From: an uncultured Verrucomicrobiota bacterium
Lineage (GTDB): Bacteria; Verrucomicrobiota; Verrucomicrobiia; Limisphaerales; SXQI01
NCBI GenBank assembly: GCA_964478815.1
Contig: CAYZKY010000002.1
Location: 1,980-65,979, forward strand
DNA length: 64,000 bases
Direction of reading: 5' to 3'
Shown here: in pieces, positions 8,362-17,813 of the stretch
Layout: each line of letters opens with the position of its first letter
How positions within the stretch are numbered: the first letter of the stretch is position 1
Made by a program: the position numbers and the translations under genes
Notes under the pieces: model-generated
Database searches by the model: none
What the model was told of the DNA's origin: nothing
What the model saw: the letters and a program-made list of their open reading frames with translations, nothing else

Positions 8362-10845
8362 ATGAAACGCTGCCTGATTCTGAGCTTGTTGCTGCTCGCC
8401 ACTCTCTGCCCGGTTCGGGCCCACCTTGAAGCGTTCGAGATCGGGGAGGATCGCACGGACAACCTGCCGAAAGGAAAGGAAGCCGACGGCATCATCGGCG
8501 ATTTCGTCCTGCGCAACCACCAGATTCAGGCTTTGATTTCTGGGAACCTGCCGCTGCGCCGGGCGAACATGAGCACCTTCTACGGCACGAACGGCATCAC
8601 CCCCGGCTGCCTCTACGATCTCACGTTCACGGGGCAGCCGAACGACCAGATCACCATTTTCTCGCCTTGCGAACAGCGCGGGCCGGTCTCGTACGTCCGG
8701 GGCGTGGAGGACGACGAGGAGGCCGTCATCGAGACGGTGGTGACGGCCGCCAGCAACGGCGGACTTTTCCGGCGGCACGAATACCGCGTGGACGAGGAAT
8801 CCCAGGGCGTGCTTATCACCACCACGTTGCGCAACGACGCCAAAACCGTCCGCAAGGAGAAGGTCTCCGATCGCTGGACCGCTTTCACCCGCACCGGCAC
8901 CTTCGCCGGATACCGCTGGGCCGATGCCGTCGATCCCGCCGACCGCGCCGGTTACGCCTTCCGCCCATGGAAACCCGACGGCGCGGAAAAAGCTCCTGAG
9001 GAACTCGATATTCAGCCGGACGAAGAAATCGAGGTGGTCCGCTTCCTCGCGCTCGGACGCTCTCCGGCCGAAGCCGTGGGCGTAGCCGCGCGGCACACCG
9101 GCGGTGTAGGCACCATTACCGGACGCTGCCGCGATGCCGCCAACCGGCCCGCCGCGGGCGCGACGCTCTTGATTTACTCCGGCGATTCCTCGGTGCCGGC
9201 CTATGCCGATCACGATGGCCGGTTCGAATTCCCCTTCCCTCCGGGCCGGTATCGCGTCGCGGTGACGGATCTTGGCCGGGCCACCGTTGAGAAAGAAATC
9301 GAACTCGGCGAAGAGCAGACGGTCGAGCTGGATTTCGAACTCTCCCCGCGCTCCACCATCGCGTTCGAAATCACCGATGGCGAAGGCCGCGACATTCCGT
9401 GCAAGGCCCAGTTCATCGGCGTCGAAGGCACGCCCACGCCCAATCTCGGTCCGCCGAACCGCGCCCACGGCTGCAAGGATCAGTATCACTCCGCAACCGG
9501 TCGCTTCAGCGTCGCTCTCAACCCCGGCGCGTACCGCGTCGTCGTCACGCGCGGCATCGAGTACGGCCATCTCGCGCGCACCATCCGCCTGGAGGCCGGC
9601 GGCACCGTGACCTTCGCCGGCCAGCTCCAGCGCCTGGTCGACACGCGCGGCTGGGTCAGCGTCGATTACCACAACCATTCCACCGCCAGCGGCGACAACA
9701 CCTGCGGCACCGACGACCGCATCATCAACCTCGCCGCCGAGCATATCGAGTTCGCCCCCACCACCGAGCACAACCGACACTACGATTGGCGGCCCCACAT
9801 CCAGAAACTCGGCCTCGCCAGCCAGCTCAATACCGTCTCCGGCATCGAACTCACCGGCTCCGGCCCGCACTTCAACGCCTTCCCCTTCCATCCCCATCCG
9901 CATCGCCAGGATCACGGGGCCCCCGTCTGGAACCGCGATCCTCGCATCACGGCTGTCCTCCTCCGCAATCACCAGAGCCCCGACCCGGACCGCTGGATCC
10001 AGATCAATCATCCTGACCTCGTCGAGAACTTCATCGACAGCAATGGCGATGGCCTCGCCGACGGCGGTTACATGGGCCTCGGCCTGCTCATCGACGGCAT
10101 CGAGACCCAGAACTTCACCAATCCGTTCGACCTCCCGCGCGTCCCGGTCACTATTTACAACAATAAAGTCTACCCCAACCGCGAATTCGTCTGGCTCCAA
10201 CTCCTCAACCAAGGCCACCGCCTGATCGCGATGGCCGTCGCTGATGCTCACTCCGTCCACGGCAATGGGGTCGGCGGCTGGCGCATGTACCTCCCCAGCG
10301 CTTCCGATGCTCCCGCCCAGATCGACTGGCGCGAAAACAGCAAGCACGCCAAGGCCGGCCGCTCCTACCTCACGACTGGCCCATTCCTGCAAGTCACGAC
10401 CGCCGAAGGGGCTGGCCCCGGCTCCGATCTGCGTGCCTCCGGCGAAGTAAAACTCAACGTGAAAGTCCAATGCACCGACTGGATCGATATCGACCGCGTC
10501 CAGGTGCTCGTGAACGGCCGCCCTTTGCCCACGCTCAACTTCACCCGGCAGGCCAATCCCGAAATGTTCAGCAACGGTGTCGTGAAGTTCGATCGGCAGA
10601 TTCGCGTCCCGCTCGTCGCCGACGCCCACCTCATCGTCGTTGCCATGAGCGAACACTCCAATCTCTCCGTCGGCTACGGCACCAGCGACCAAGCCAAACT
10701 CCGCCCCTGCGCCTACCACAACCCCATCTACGTCGATATCGACGGCGGCGGCTTCAAGCCCAACCACGACACGCTCGGCCACCCCCTCGGCGTCCCTTAC
10801 GCCCTGGAGGCAGTGAAGGCCATGCTCGCTTCGCCTGTTCCTTGA
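8362..10845 (+). CDS. Secreted PHP-type metallohydrolase (CehA/McbA-like) with a carboxypeptidase-regulatory-like beta-sandwich
   Basis: The signal peptide reads MKRCLILSLLLLATLCPVRA. A CarboxypepD_reg-like segment is present (GATLLIYSGDSSVPAYADHDGRFEFPFPPGRYRVAV). A PHP-like metal motif reads VSVDYHNHSTASGDN...EFAPTTEHN...IQINHPD. Confidence 0.55.
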   Translation: MKRCLILSLLLLATLCPVRAHLEAFEIGEDRTDNLPKGKEADGIIGDFVLRNHQIQALISGNLPLRRANMSTFYGTNGITPGCLYDLTFTGQPNDQITIFSPCEQRGPVSYVRGVEDDEEAVIETVVTAASNGGLFRRHEYRVDEESQGVLITTTLRNDAKTVRKEKVSDRWTAFTRTGTFAGYRWADAVDPADRAGYAFRPWKPDGAEKAPEELDIQPDEEIEVVRFLALGRSPAEAVGVAARHTGGVGTITGRCRDAANRPAAGATLLIYSGDSSVPAYADHDGRFEFPFPPGRYRVAVTDLGRATVEKEIELGEEQTVELDFELSPRSTIAFEITDGEGRDIPCKAQFIGVEGTPTPNLGPPNRAHGCKDQYHSATGRFSVALNPGAYRVVVTRGIEYGHLARTIRLEAGGTVTFAGQLQRLVDTRGWVSVDYHNHSTASGDNTCGTDDRIINLAAEHIEFAPTTEHNRHYDWRPHIQKLGLASQLNTVSGIELTGSGPHFNAFPFHPHPHRQDHGAPVWNRDPRITAVLLRNHQSPDPDRWIQINHPDLVENFIDSNGDGLADGGYMGLGLLIDGIETQNFTNPFDLPRVPVTIYNNKVYPNREFVWLQLLNQGHRLIAMAVADAHSVHGNGVGGWRMYLPSASDAPAQIDWRENSKHAKAGRSYLTTGPFLQVTTAEGAGPGSDLRASGEVKLNVKVQCTDWIDIDRVQVLVNGRPLPTLNFTRQANPEMFSNGVVKFDRQIRVPLVADAHLIVVAMSEHSNLSVGYGTSDQAKLRPCAYHNPIYVDIDGGGFKPNHDTLGHPLGVPYALEAVKAMLASPVP

Positions 10846-10901
10846 TCCAGGTCTTCCGCCTTGCGACCTCGCGAACTGGCCTAAACTTGAGCTCGGGAGC
10901 C

Positions 10902-11287
10902 ATGGAAAAGATTGTCCGCACCTACGACAGTTTCGCGGCCGCCGACGCTGCAGATATGCAGCGTTACCGTCACATGAGCGGAGACGAGAAACTGGCCCTC
11001 CTGCTCGACCTGCTTATGCCGGAAAATCCCGATGAGGCCGTTATCCAGAGAATCGCCCGGGTGTATCCTCTCTCTGAATCGCGTTGACCTCCTCACCGCT
11101 TCACCGGCGTCGATTTCGCCCTGGCCTGAGTCCAATAGGTCGCTGGCTCGTTAAGCGGACTCCCGTCCATTTCATCAGCCGCGACCTCCTCCTCCGCAAC
11201 AAACGCGCTGCCCGCCGCGCCAAGGATCTGGGCGACATCGAAACTCTCGAGCGAACCCGCCCGGCCCCGCCCGAACCAACCGCTTGA
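10902..11287 (+). pseudogene. Possible decayed remnant of a small nucleotidyltransferase-like gene, split into 61-aa and 67-aa ORFs
   Basis: The first ORF (MEKIVRTYDSFAAADAADMQRYRHMSGDEKLALLLDLL...) stops at a TGA at 11085. Read-through in the same frame gives FTGVDFALA, followed by another stop. A second frame then carries VHFISRDLLLRNKRAARRAKDLGDIETLE. That C-terminal signature is one I associate with small nucleotidyltransferase / DUF-type proteins. The central domain appears to be missing. Confidence 0.3.
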
Positions 11288-11413
11288 GCGAAGGTTCTCC
11301 GACAGCTCTTCAAAAGTTACCCTCCACACTCTCGAACAAGCCAAGGCCCTGCTCACCTCCCCTTCCTGGTAATTCAGCGCCCACCGTCGTCCGGCACGAG
11401 GTTGGCGCCCAAA

Positions 11414-14400
11414 TCAAGGGCCGTGGCGGAGGAAGATTTCGTTCCAGCCCAGGTTGTTGTCTTCGTGGATTTCGTCGAGTTGATCGTCTGGATCGATCAC
11501 GCAGTAAATCGGGATGGAGACGGACGCGGCGGAGGCGGGGATGCGCCAGGGGAACTGGACGAGGCGCTTGCCGCGGGCGGGCACGCCGGCAGGCACGAGC
11601 ACATGGTCGAACCCCTCGCGGCTGACCAGCAACTGCCCCCCGTTCAGCGGGTCGCCCAGGTAAAACCGCACCCGGAAACTCGACGGCGTGGCGAGAAAGC
11701 TGAAATTCGAGATGCGCGCGACGAGTTCCACGTCGTCGCCGGGGCGCGGCTCGGGCGGCACGGTGGCGATCTCGCGCGTGAGCTGGAGTTGCGCGGCGTT
11801 GAGCACGGCGAGCCCCTTCTCCGGGTCGAGCCGCCACGGCAGGACAAAAGCGGGATCGGAGAGGGCGGTGTAATTCCGGCTCCAGAAGGTCGGCTGGCCC
11901 GCCGTGCCGGTGGGCAAATCCACGGCGTAATCCAGCACCAGGGCGCCGCTGCGGTCCCAGTAAAAGTACGGCGTGATGGAGTAACCCGTGCCGGCGATGC
12001 GCCCATCGAGCGCCCCCAGCGTGGCGATGAGCCCCTGCTGGTCGGTCAGTTCGGTGGTGCTGGCCGTCAGGGAGGTCGAGTCGTACCCGCCGGTCACGGT
12101 AACATCGGGAATCCACGGAAAGGGAATGTCGAAACTGGCCTTGGCCTGGATGCTGAAGTTGAAACTGCGGTTTTCGCGAGTCGTCGCGGTGCTGGTGCGG
12201 GTCAGCCGCCAGAGGTAGGCCGAGGAGGAATCCACCGTGAAGGTGTCCGCGCTTTCGATCGAGCGCACATACTCCGCGCCGGGATACGGCTCCCGGGCCG
12301 AACGGTAGGAGAGAAGGTTTCCGATTTCGTGGTACGGCCGGTAGTTCTGCGCGACGACCGATTTGCTCCCGAACCAGTTCTGGCGCGCGACCTCCGGCGC
12401 ATAGGCGATGATGTACGTGGCGATCCGTCCGTCCACGACGACCGGGTATTCCCACACGGTGTAGTCGATGGTGGCGGCGTAGACCCGGTCATCGGCCACG
12501 GCATCGACCTGCACCTCCACTTTCGTCGTCTCGCGGGTGGAGGCGAAGCTGTCGAATCGCTCGCTGAATTTCGTCTGAATCTCCGCCTTGAGTCCGATAT
12601 CCAGAGGCAGTTCCACTCCGCCTTTCACTTTCACCCCCACGTTCCAGCCTCGTTCCCATTCCGTCTCCACTTCGATGCTGGTCGTGCTGGCCACCGTATA
12701 CCGCGAGTAGAAGGGGCAGAGCGATACCGAGTTGATGCAGTCGAGCGTGGGGAACATGTTATTCACGTCGTAGGGAACGCCTTCGAGCACGTCGAAATGC
12801 ACCGGCGGCGCGTTCACGATCACCACCGGCTTTCCGCTCACTGTCCGCGTGTAACGCCGCGGAGTGCCGAGCCGGGGGCCATTCTTGCCGAAATCCGCCG
12901 TGCCGATGGCCGTGAAGCGCCGGGCCTGGCCGGCCACTTCGTCCAGCAGCCGGGCATCCTCCCGCATTCGGTAAAAGCTGCTGGCGTCTCCCGTCACGGT
13001 GAACGACTGCACCACGAAACGGCGCTGCGAACCGCCCTCGAACCGTTGATCGGTCACCGCCACAATCTCCGGCCGGGAGCCGTAGTTCGGATCCGTGCTG
13101 TTCAGATTCGCCAGCATGATGAACCGGCGGGCCGTGTCCTCGCTTTCCGAACCAAAACCATCCGAACTGGCCAGGCTGGACCAGCCAAAATCCGGGCGAA
13201 TGTCATACACTCGGATCTGCCTCCAGCCGATCACCAGCTCCGGCAGGGGATCGCCGTCGAACTCGCCGGTTTGCAAATCAAGGGGATAACCGTGGTTGCC
13301 CGAGGTCTGGTCGATCTGTTCCGGCTGCGCCGGCCGCCGGGCGAGCGATCCGAACGCGACATCCGGCTTGAGAAACTGCAAATACCACCGGCCGAAACTG
13401 CTGTTGTCGGCCGTTTCATAGACCACCGCCAATTCGTCGCGGCCATCTCCATCGAAATCGGCCGCATGCCCGGCCAGCCGGGAGAGCCAGATCGAAGTGC
13501 GTCCGTCCTTCAAGTACAAGCGGCGATCCGGCTCCGCGAGCGCATCGCCGCGGATCGCCGCCGGCGCGTCCGCCGAGTATTTGAAGAAGCGCACATACAG
13601 CTCCCAGTTGCTCAAGCCGTTGGGCACGGCGGCATTCCGGGTCGTCACCACCGCCAGCTCATCCGCCCCGTCCCCATCGAAATCGCCCGCCGCGATGTCG
13701 AACCAGCCGGAGCGTTCCTGCAAATCGCCCGCCTCGTACGCGACCCCGTCCGGCAGGGTGAAACCCGCCAGCGAAACCAATTCCGTGAGATTCGCCCGCA
13801 ATTCCAGCAGCTCGATCTGCACCTCGCGCGCGGTGTTCACCCAGGCCAGCCAAATGCGCGGATTCGTCACGCCCGGGAAATGCGCGCGTTGCACCCGCAC
13901 CAGCGGCGGTACGCTCCCCTCCGCGCGGACCACATGGTCCGCGACCGGGAAGGTCGCCCGCTGGGTGACCGTCAGGTTCGCCGGATCCACCTCCGCGATG
14001 CTGAGCACCATCCGGTTGTTCGCATCCGTCCACACCAGCAACGGCTCGACCCGTCCGTCTCCATCCAGGTCGGACATCAACGTGTCCTGTGCGGGCGATG
14101 CACTGCCGTTCGGAGACAATCGCCCGGTCGCGTTGGTGGAAAAAGTGCTGCTGACCGGCCCGCCCGCCGGCGCCTCCACATGAAACAACACCTTGCTGGA
14201 ATACTCCGTGGCCGAGCCCCCCTCGGGCTGCGGCACGGTCCGGGACCACAGCAGGAACAGTTCTTCCGGAGCCGGGTCCTCGATCGTCGCCGCGGCCGGA
14301 TCGTCCGCTTGAGACCGGGCATTCAGCACGCGGTAAAACCCGCTCGCGCCGCCGAAACGCGGCGCGGAGGCGCGGAACTCCCCGGGCGTTTCCTCCACCT

Positions 14401-14650
14401 CCTCGATCCGGGCGTCCGGCAGATCCATCCAGGCGGAACCCACGTTCCGTTGGAATTGCGGCTGGTACGACGTCCCAGCCGGCCAGGTGCTGGCAAACGT
14501 GAATTCGACCGTGTTCGGCCCTTCCGTGGCGCTCGTGATCGCAATCGCCCCTTCGTTCGCCGCCCCGCGGCTGAAAACGCACCCCAGGATCGAAACCGCC
14601 AACGCCAGGCCCGCCCGCACGGATTTTCCAGGAAAAAAGGAGTTCTTCAT
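11414..14650 (-). CDS. Large secreted FG-GAP/VCBS-repeat protein with a C-terminal CARDB-like domain
   Basis: A signal-like N-terminus follows the internal ATG (MKNSFFPGKSVRAGLALAVSILGCVFS). FG-GAP/VCBS Ca-binding repeats are present (DLDGDGRVEPLL, AGDFDGDGADELAVV, ADFDGDGRDELAVV, GEFDGDPLPELVI). The central region of about 400 aa is unassigned and beta-rich. The C-terminal CARDB signature reads PRPGDDVELVARISNFS...IDPDDQLDEIHEDNNLGW. Confidence 0.65.
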   Translation of the reverse strand: MKNSFFPGKSVRAGLALAVSILGCVFSRGAANEGAIAITSATEGPNTVEFTFASTWPAGTSYQPQFQRNVGSAWMDLPDARIEEVEETPGEFRASAPRFGGASGFYRVLNARSQADDPAAATIEDPAPEELFLLWSRTVPQPEGGSATEYSSKVLFHVEAPAGGPVSSTFSTNATGRLSPNGSASPAQDTLMSDLDGDGRVEPLLVWTDANNRMVLSIAEVDPANLTVTQRATFPVADHVVRAEGSVPPLVRVQRAHFPGVTNPRIWLAWVNTAREVQIELLELRANLTELVSLAGFTLPDGVAYEAGDLQERSGWFDIAAGDFDGDGADELAVVTTRNAAVPNGLSNWELYVRFFKYSADAPAAIRGDALAEPDRRLYLKDGRTSIWLSRLAGHAADFDGDGRDELAVVYETADNSSFGRWYLQFLKPDVAFGSLARRPAQPEQIDQTSGNHGYPLDLQTGEFDGDPLPELVIGWRQIRVYDIRPDFGWSSLASSDGFGSESEDTARRFIMLANLNSTDPNYGSRPEIVAVTDQRFEGGSQRRFVVQSFTVTGDASSFYRMREDARLLDEVAGQARRFTAIGTADFGKNGPRLGTPRRYTRTVSGKPVVIVNAPPVHFDVLEGVPYDVNNMFPTLDCINSVSLCPFYSRYTVASTTSIEVETEWERGWNVGVKVKGGVELPLDIGLKAEIQTKFSERFDSFASTRETTKVEVQVDAVADDRVYAATIDYTVWEYPVVVDGRIATYIIAYAPEVARQNWFGSKSVVAQNYRPYHEIGNLLSYRSAREPYPGAEYVRSIESADTFTVDSSSAYLWRLTRTSTATTRENRSFNFSIQAKASFDIPFPWIPDVTVTGGYDSTSLTASTTELTDQQGLIATLGALDGRIAGTGYSITPYFYWDRSGALVLDYAVDLPTGTAGQPTFWSRNYTALSDPAFVLPWRLDPEKGLAVLNAAQLQLTREIATVPPEPRPGDDVELVARISNFSFLATPSSFRVRFYLGDPLNGGQLLVSREGFDHVLVPAGVPARGKRLVQFPWRIPASAASVSIPIYCVIDPDDQLDEIHEDNNLGWNEIFLRHGP

Positions 14651-14870
14651 CTGTTGGATCAAGATTGATGGTCTTCTCCGCCCAAGCCACCGACGCGAGC
14701 AGGCTGTGCTCCCCACACCATCCCGTCCAACCTCGATAACCCGACCTTGGCGATAATCGATACCGAGCCAAAAGATGTCACGAACAAACGACCGTCCCGC
14801 GCCGGATTCATGCTTCGGCTGGCGAAATGCTGATTGAGAAAGCCTGGATTCGCGCTAGGATGGGCGGGAC

Positions 14871-15476
14871 GTGAAAGGAAAAGAAATCGGGCTGATGGCC
14901 TTGCTGGTGGCGGTCTTCGCTTTGAGCCGCTGGCCCGGGTTGATGCCTCCGAGCTTCAGCGCGGCGTATGCCTTTGCCTTCTGCGCCGGCGTCTACTTCC
15001 CGCCGCGCTGGCGCTGGATCGTGCCGCTCGGCGCTGCCTTGGTGGTCGATGTCCTCCTCAATGCCTTCTACTATCACGTCGCGCCCATCGATATTTACGT
15101 GCTGGTGAAGATCGGAGCCTTCGCCGGCCTGATTGCGCTGGGGCGGCTTTTCCGTCCCGGTCATTCGTGGCTGGCCCTCACCGGCGGCGGTGTGCTCGGC
15201 GCGCTGCTGTTCTACCTGGTCACAAACACGGTGTCATGGCTCTACGATCCCGCCTATGGCAAGACCTTGGCCGGGTGGATGCAAGCCCTCACCTTCGGCC
15301 GGCCGGAATTTCCGCCGACCTGGGAGTTCTTCCGCAATACGCTGCTGAGCGGCGGCCTCTTCGCCGGGCTGTTCGCCGGCGCCATGAAGTTCTCAGCCGC
15401 TCGGGAAAAGGCCGAGGAACCCGCCGAGGAACCGGCCGAGGAACCGCAACCCGCACCCGACGAGGCCCGCGCGTGA
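14871..15476 (+). CDS. Small polytopic membrane protein, DUF6580-like putative transporter component
   Basis: There are five or six hydrophobic helices. The N-terminus (LMALLVAVFALSRWPGLMPPSFSAAYAFAFCAGVYF) resembles DUF6580 proteins as I remember them. The tail is an acidic EEPA repeat. Confidence 0.5.
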   Translation: MKGKEIGLMALLVAVFALSRWPGLMPPSFSAAYAFAFCAGVYFPPRWRWIVPLGAALVVDVLLNAFYYHVAPIDIYVLVKIGAFAGLIALGRLFRPGHSWLALTGGGVLGALLFYLVTNTVSWLYDPAYGKTLAGWMQALTFGRPEFPPTWEFFRNTLLSGGLFAGLFAGAMKFSAAREKAEEPAEEPAEEPQPAPDEARA

Positions 15477-16000
15477 CCTCAGACCAAGCCTCCACTCCTG
15501 CCGTGCCCGAACAAACGTCTTACACCGTCGGCGTCATCTCCGATACGCACGGCTTTATGGACCCGCAGCTCGAAGAGATTTTTGCGGGCGTCGACCACAT
15601 CGTCCACGCCGGCGATATCGGCTGGGCCTCCGTCATTCTCGAACTCGAACATATCGCGCCCGTCACCGCCGTCACCGGCAACACGGACGAGTCGAATCCC
15701 CAGTTCAAAGACACGGAAATCGTCGAACTCGCCGGCCGCCGCTTCCTGATCCACCATCAGGTCGATCCCCGCAGCCCGAATAGCAAGATCAAGCAGCGGA
15801 TCATCCGCGAGGCCCCGGATGTCGTCATTTCCGGCCATACCCACAAACGTTCGTTGGAGATGATCGGCGACATCCTCTATCTCAACCCCGGCTACTCCGG
15901 CCAGCCCAAGCCCGGCGCCGCCCGCTCCGTCGCTCTCCTGCACTGCGACGATCAGGGCATCACCGTCGATTTCGTCGATCTCGACCCCGCCGCCGCGTAG
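15473..16000 (+). CDS. YfcE/MJ0936-type metallophosphoesterase
   Basis: Motifs present are VGVISDTHG, HAGDIG, GNTD and VISGHTH. The GTG at 15473 overlaps the upstream stop (GTGA). An alternative GTG start lies at 15503. Confidence 0.75.
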   Translation: MTSDQASTPAVPEQTSYTVGVISDTHGFMDPQLEEIFAGVDHIVHAGDIGWASVILELEHIAPVTAVTGNTDESNPQFKDTEIVELAGRRFLIHHQVDPRSPNSKIKQRIIREAPDVVISGHTHKRSLEMIGDILYLNPGYSGQPKPGAARSVALLHCDDQGITVDFVDLDPAAA

Positions 16001-16181
16001 TGGCTCTTCCCGAACGGGTAGCATGGCGTCCGGTCCAAAGCCTCCCGCGCAGCGGAGATGCCAGTTGCGGTATTCGCAAGCCCCGCTTGCTCTCGCGGTC
16101 TATCTGAAACTCCCTATCCGCCGATTTGGGCGTGCCGGGCTTCTTGACACTCCCCACCCCCTCGCGAAGACTCTCCCCTCT

Positions 16182-17792
16182 ATGGCCGAACCGAAACAGA
16201 CCGACCGGATGGAAAAGATCGTTTCCCTGTGCAAACGCCGGGGTTTCATCTTCCAGTCCTCCGAAATCTACGGCGGCATCAACGGGTTCTGGGATTACGG
16301 CCCCCTCGGCGCCGAACTCAAGCGCAACGTCAAGGAACGCTGGTGGCGCTCCATGACCCAGGAACGCGACGATATCTCGGGTCTGGAAGCCACCATTATC
16401 ATGCATCCCAAAATCTGGGAAGCCAGCGGCCATACCGCCACCTTCAGCGATCCGATGGTCGATTGCCTGCTGACCAAGAAGCGCTTCCGTGCCGACCAGA
16501 TCGATCCCCAGAGTGGCACCGCCTATTGGTATTCCGGCGCGAAGGATGCCGAGTCCGGCAAGGAGATTGCCGAACCCTACGCCGTCCTCCTGCCCAAAGG
16601 CGGCCATGATGAATCGGCCCGCAAGGTCGCCCGCAAGTTTTACGAACAGCGCGGCCTGACCAAGGTCGAACTCCACGGCGAACGGACCGAACCGGTCGAG
16701 AACAGCACCCGCTTCAATCCCGAGAACGGCAGCCTGGTCACCGAACCCCGCCCGTTCAACCTGATGTTCAAGACTTACGTCGGCCCGGTCGAAAGCGCCG
16801 ACAATGTTGCCTATCTCCGTCCCGAGACCGCCCAAGCCATCTTCGCGCAGTTCAAGAACGTGCTCGAAGTGTCCCGGCAGAAAGTCCCTTTCGGCATCTG
16901 CCAGATCGGCAAGGCGTTCCGCAACGAGATCAACCCGCGCAATTTCACCTTCCGCTCCCGCGAGTTCGAGCAGATGGAACTCGAATTCTTCATCCGCCCG
17001 AACGAAGTCGCCGCCAAACTCGCCGCCGACCCTCAGGCCGCCGCCGGCCAACCCCAGCCCAACTGGGGTTGGGATGAATGGCATAAGTACTGGGTGGAAG
17101 AGCGCATCCGCTGGTACGAGAGCATCGGCCTGAGCCGCGATACGCTCGAGCTCTACTGGCAGAAGAAAGAGGAACTCGCCCACTACGCCAAGGCCACGGT
17201 CGACATTCTTTACAAGTTTCCCTTCGGCACGCAGGAGCTGGAAGGCATTGCCGCCCGCGGCGATTTCGACCTGTCGCAACACCAGAAGTTCAGCGGCAAA
17301 TCGATGGAATACTTCGACGAGGAAACCAAGGCAAAGTACGTCCCCCACGTCATCGAGCCCAGCGCCGGTGTTGATCGGCTGATCCTCGCCCTCATCTGCA
17401 GCGCCTACGCCGAGGAAGAAGTCACGGACGAAAAGGGCAACAAGGAAGTCCGCACCGTCATGCGCTTCCATCCCCGCATCGCGCCGATCAAGGTCGGGGT
17501 GTTCCCGCTGCTCAAAAACCGCCCCGAACTAGTCAACAAAGCGCTGGCCGTCCGTGATTTATTGCGGCCGCACATGAGCGTCTTCTACGACGACGCCGGC
17601 GCGATTGGCCGCCGCTACCGCCGCCAGGACGAAGCCGGCACCCCGTACGGCGTTACCATCGATTTCGATACGCTCGGCGAAAAGGGCGAGGAATTGAAGG
17701 ATACCGTCACCCTGCGCGACCGCGATTCGATGAAACAGGAACGGGTCAAGATCGACGACCTGCTCCCGCTCCTCCTCGCGAAGATGCGTTAG
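16182..17792 (+). CDS. glyQS: Glycine--tRNA ligase (homodimeric class II type)
   Basis: The sequence MEKIVSLCKRRGFIFQSSEIYGGINGFWDYGPLGAELKRNVKERWW, plus FRNEINPRNFTFRSREFEQMELEFF, HVIEPSAGVDRL and a C-terminal anticodon-binding domain, identify it. The start was set at the ATG at 16182. Confidence 0.9.
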   Translation: MAEPKQTDRMEKIVSLCKRRGFIFQSSEIYGGINGFWDYGPLGAELKRNVKERWWRSMTQERDDISGLEATIIMHPKIWEASGHTATFSDPMVDCLLTKKRFRADQIDPQSGTAYWYSGAKDAESGKEIAEPYAVLLPKGGHDESARKVARKFYEQRGLTKVELHGERTEPVENSTRFNPENGSLVTEPRPFNLMFKTYVGPVESADNVAYLRPETAQAIFAQFKNVLEVSRQKVPFGICQIGKAFRNEINPRNFTFRSREFEQMELEFFIRPNEVAAKLAADPQAAAGQPQPNWGWDEWHKYWVEERIRWYESIGLSRDTLELYWQKKEELAHYAKATVDILYKFPFGTQELEGIAARGDFDLSQHQKFSGKSMEYFDEETKAKYVPHVIEPSAGVDRLILALICSAYAEEEVTDEKGNKEVRTVMRFHPRIAPIKVGVFPLLKNRPELVNKALAVRDLLRPHMSVFYDDAGAIGRRYRRQDEAGTPYGVTIDFDTLGEKGEELKDTVTLRDRDSMKQERVKIDDLLPLLLAKMR

Positions 17793-17813
17793 GAAGCGCG
17801 CGCGATTTGCGCG

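Noticed and set aside
8218-10782. An 854-aa minus-strand ORF
   Set aside because: It is exactly antisense to the well-supported PHP-hydrolase gene (8362-10845). Its translation is low-complexity G/A/V/D/E-rich with no motifs, which is a typical high-GC shadow ORF.
11402-14668. A 1088-aa plus-strand ORF
   Set aside because: It is antisense to the FG-GAP/CARDB gene. Its translation is rich in R, G, P and H and has no domain signatures.
15960-17471. A 503-aa minus-strand ORF
   Set aside because: It is antisense to glyQS.
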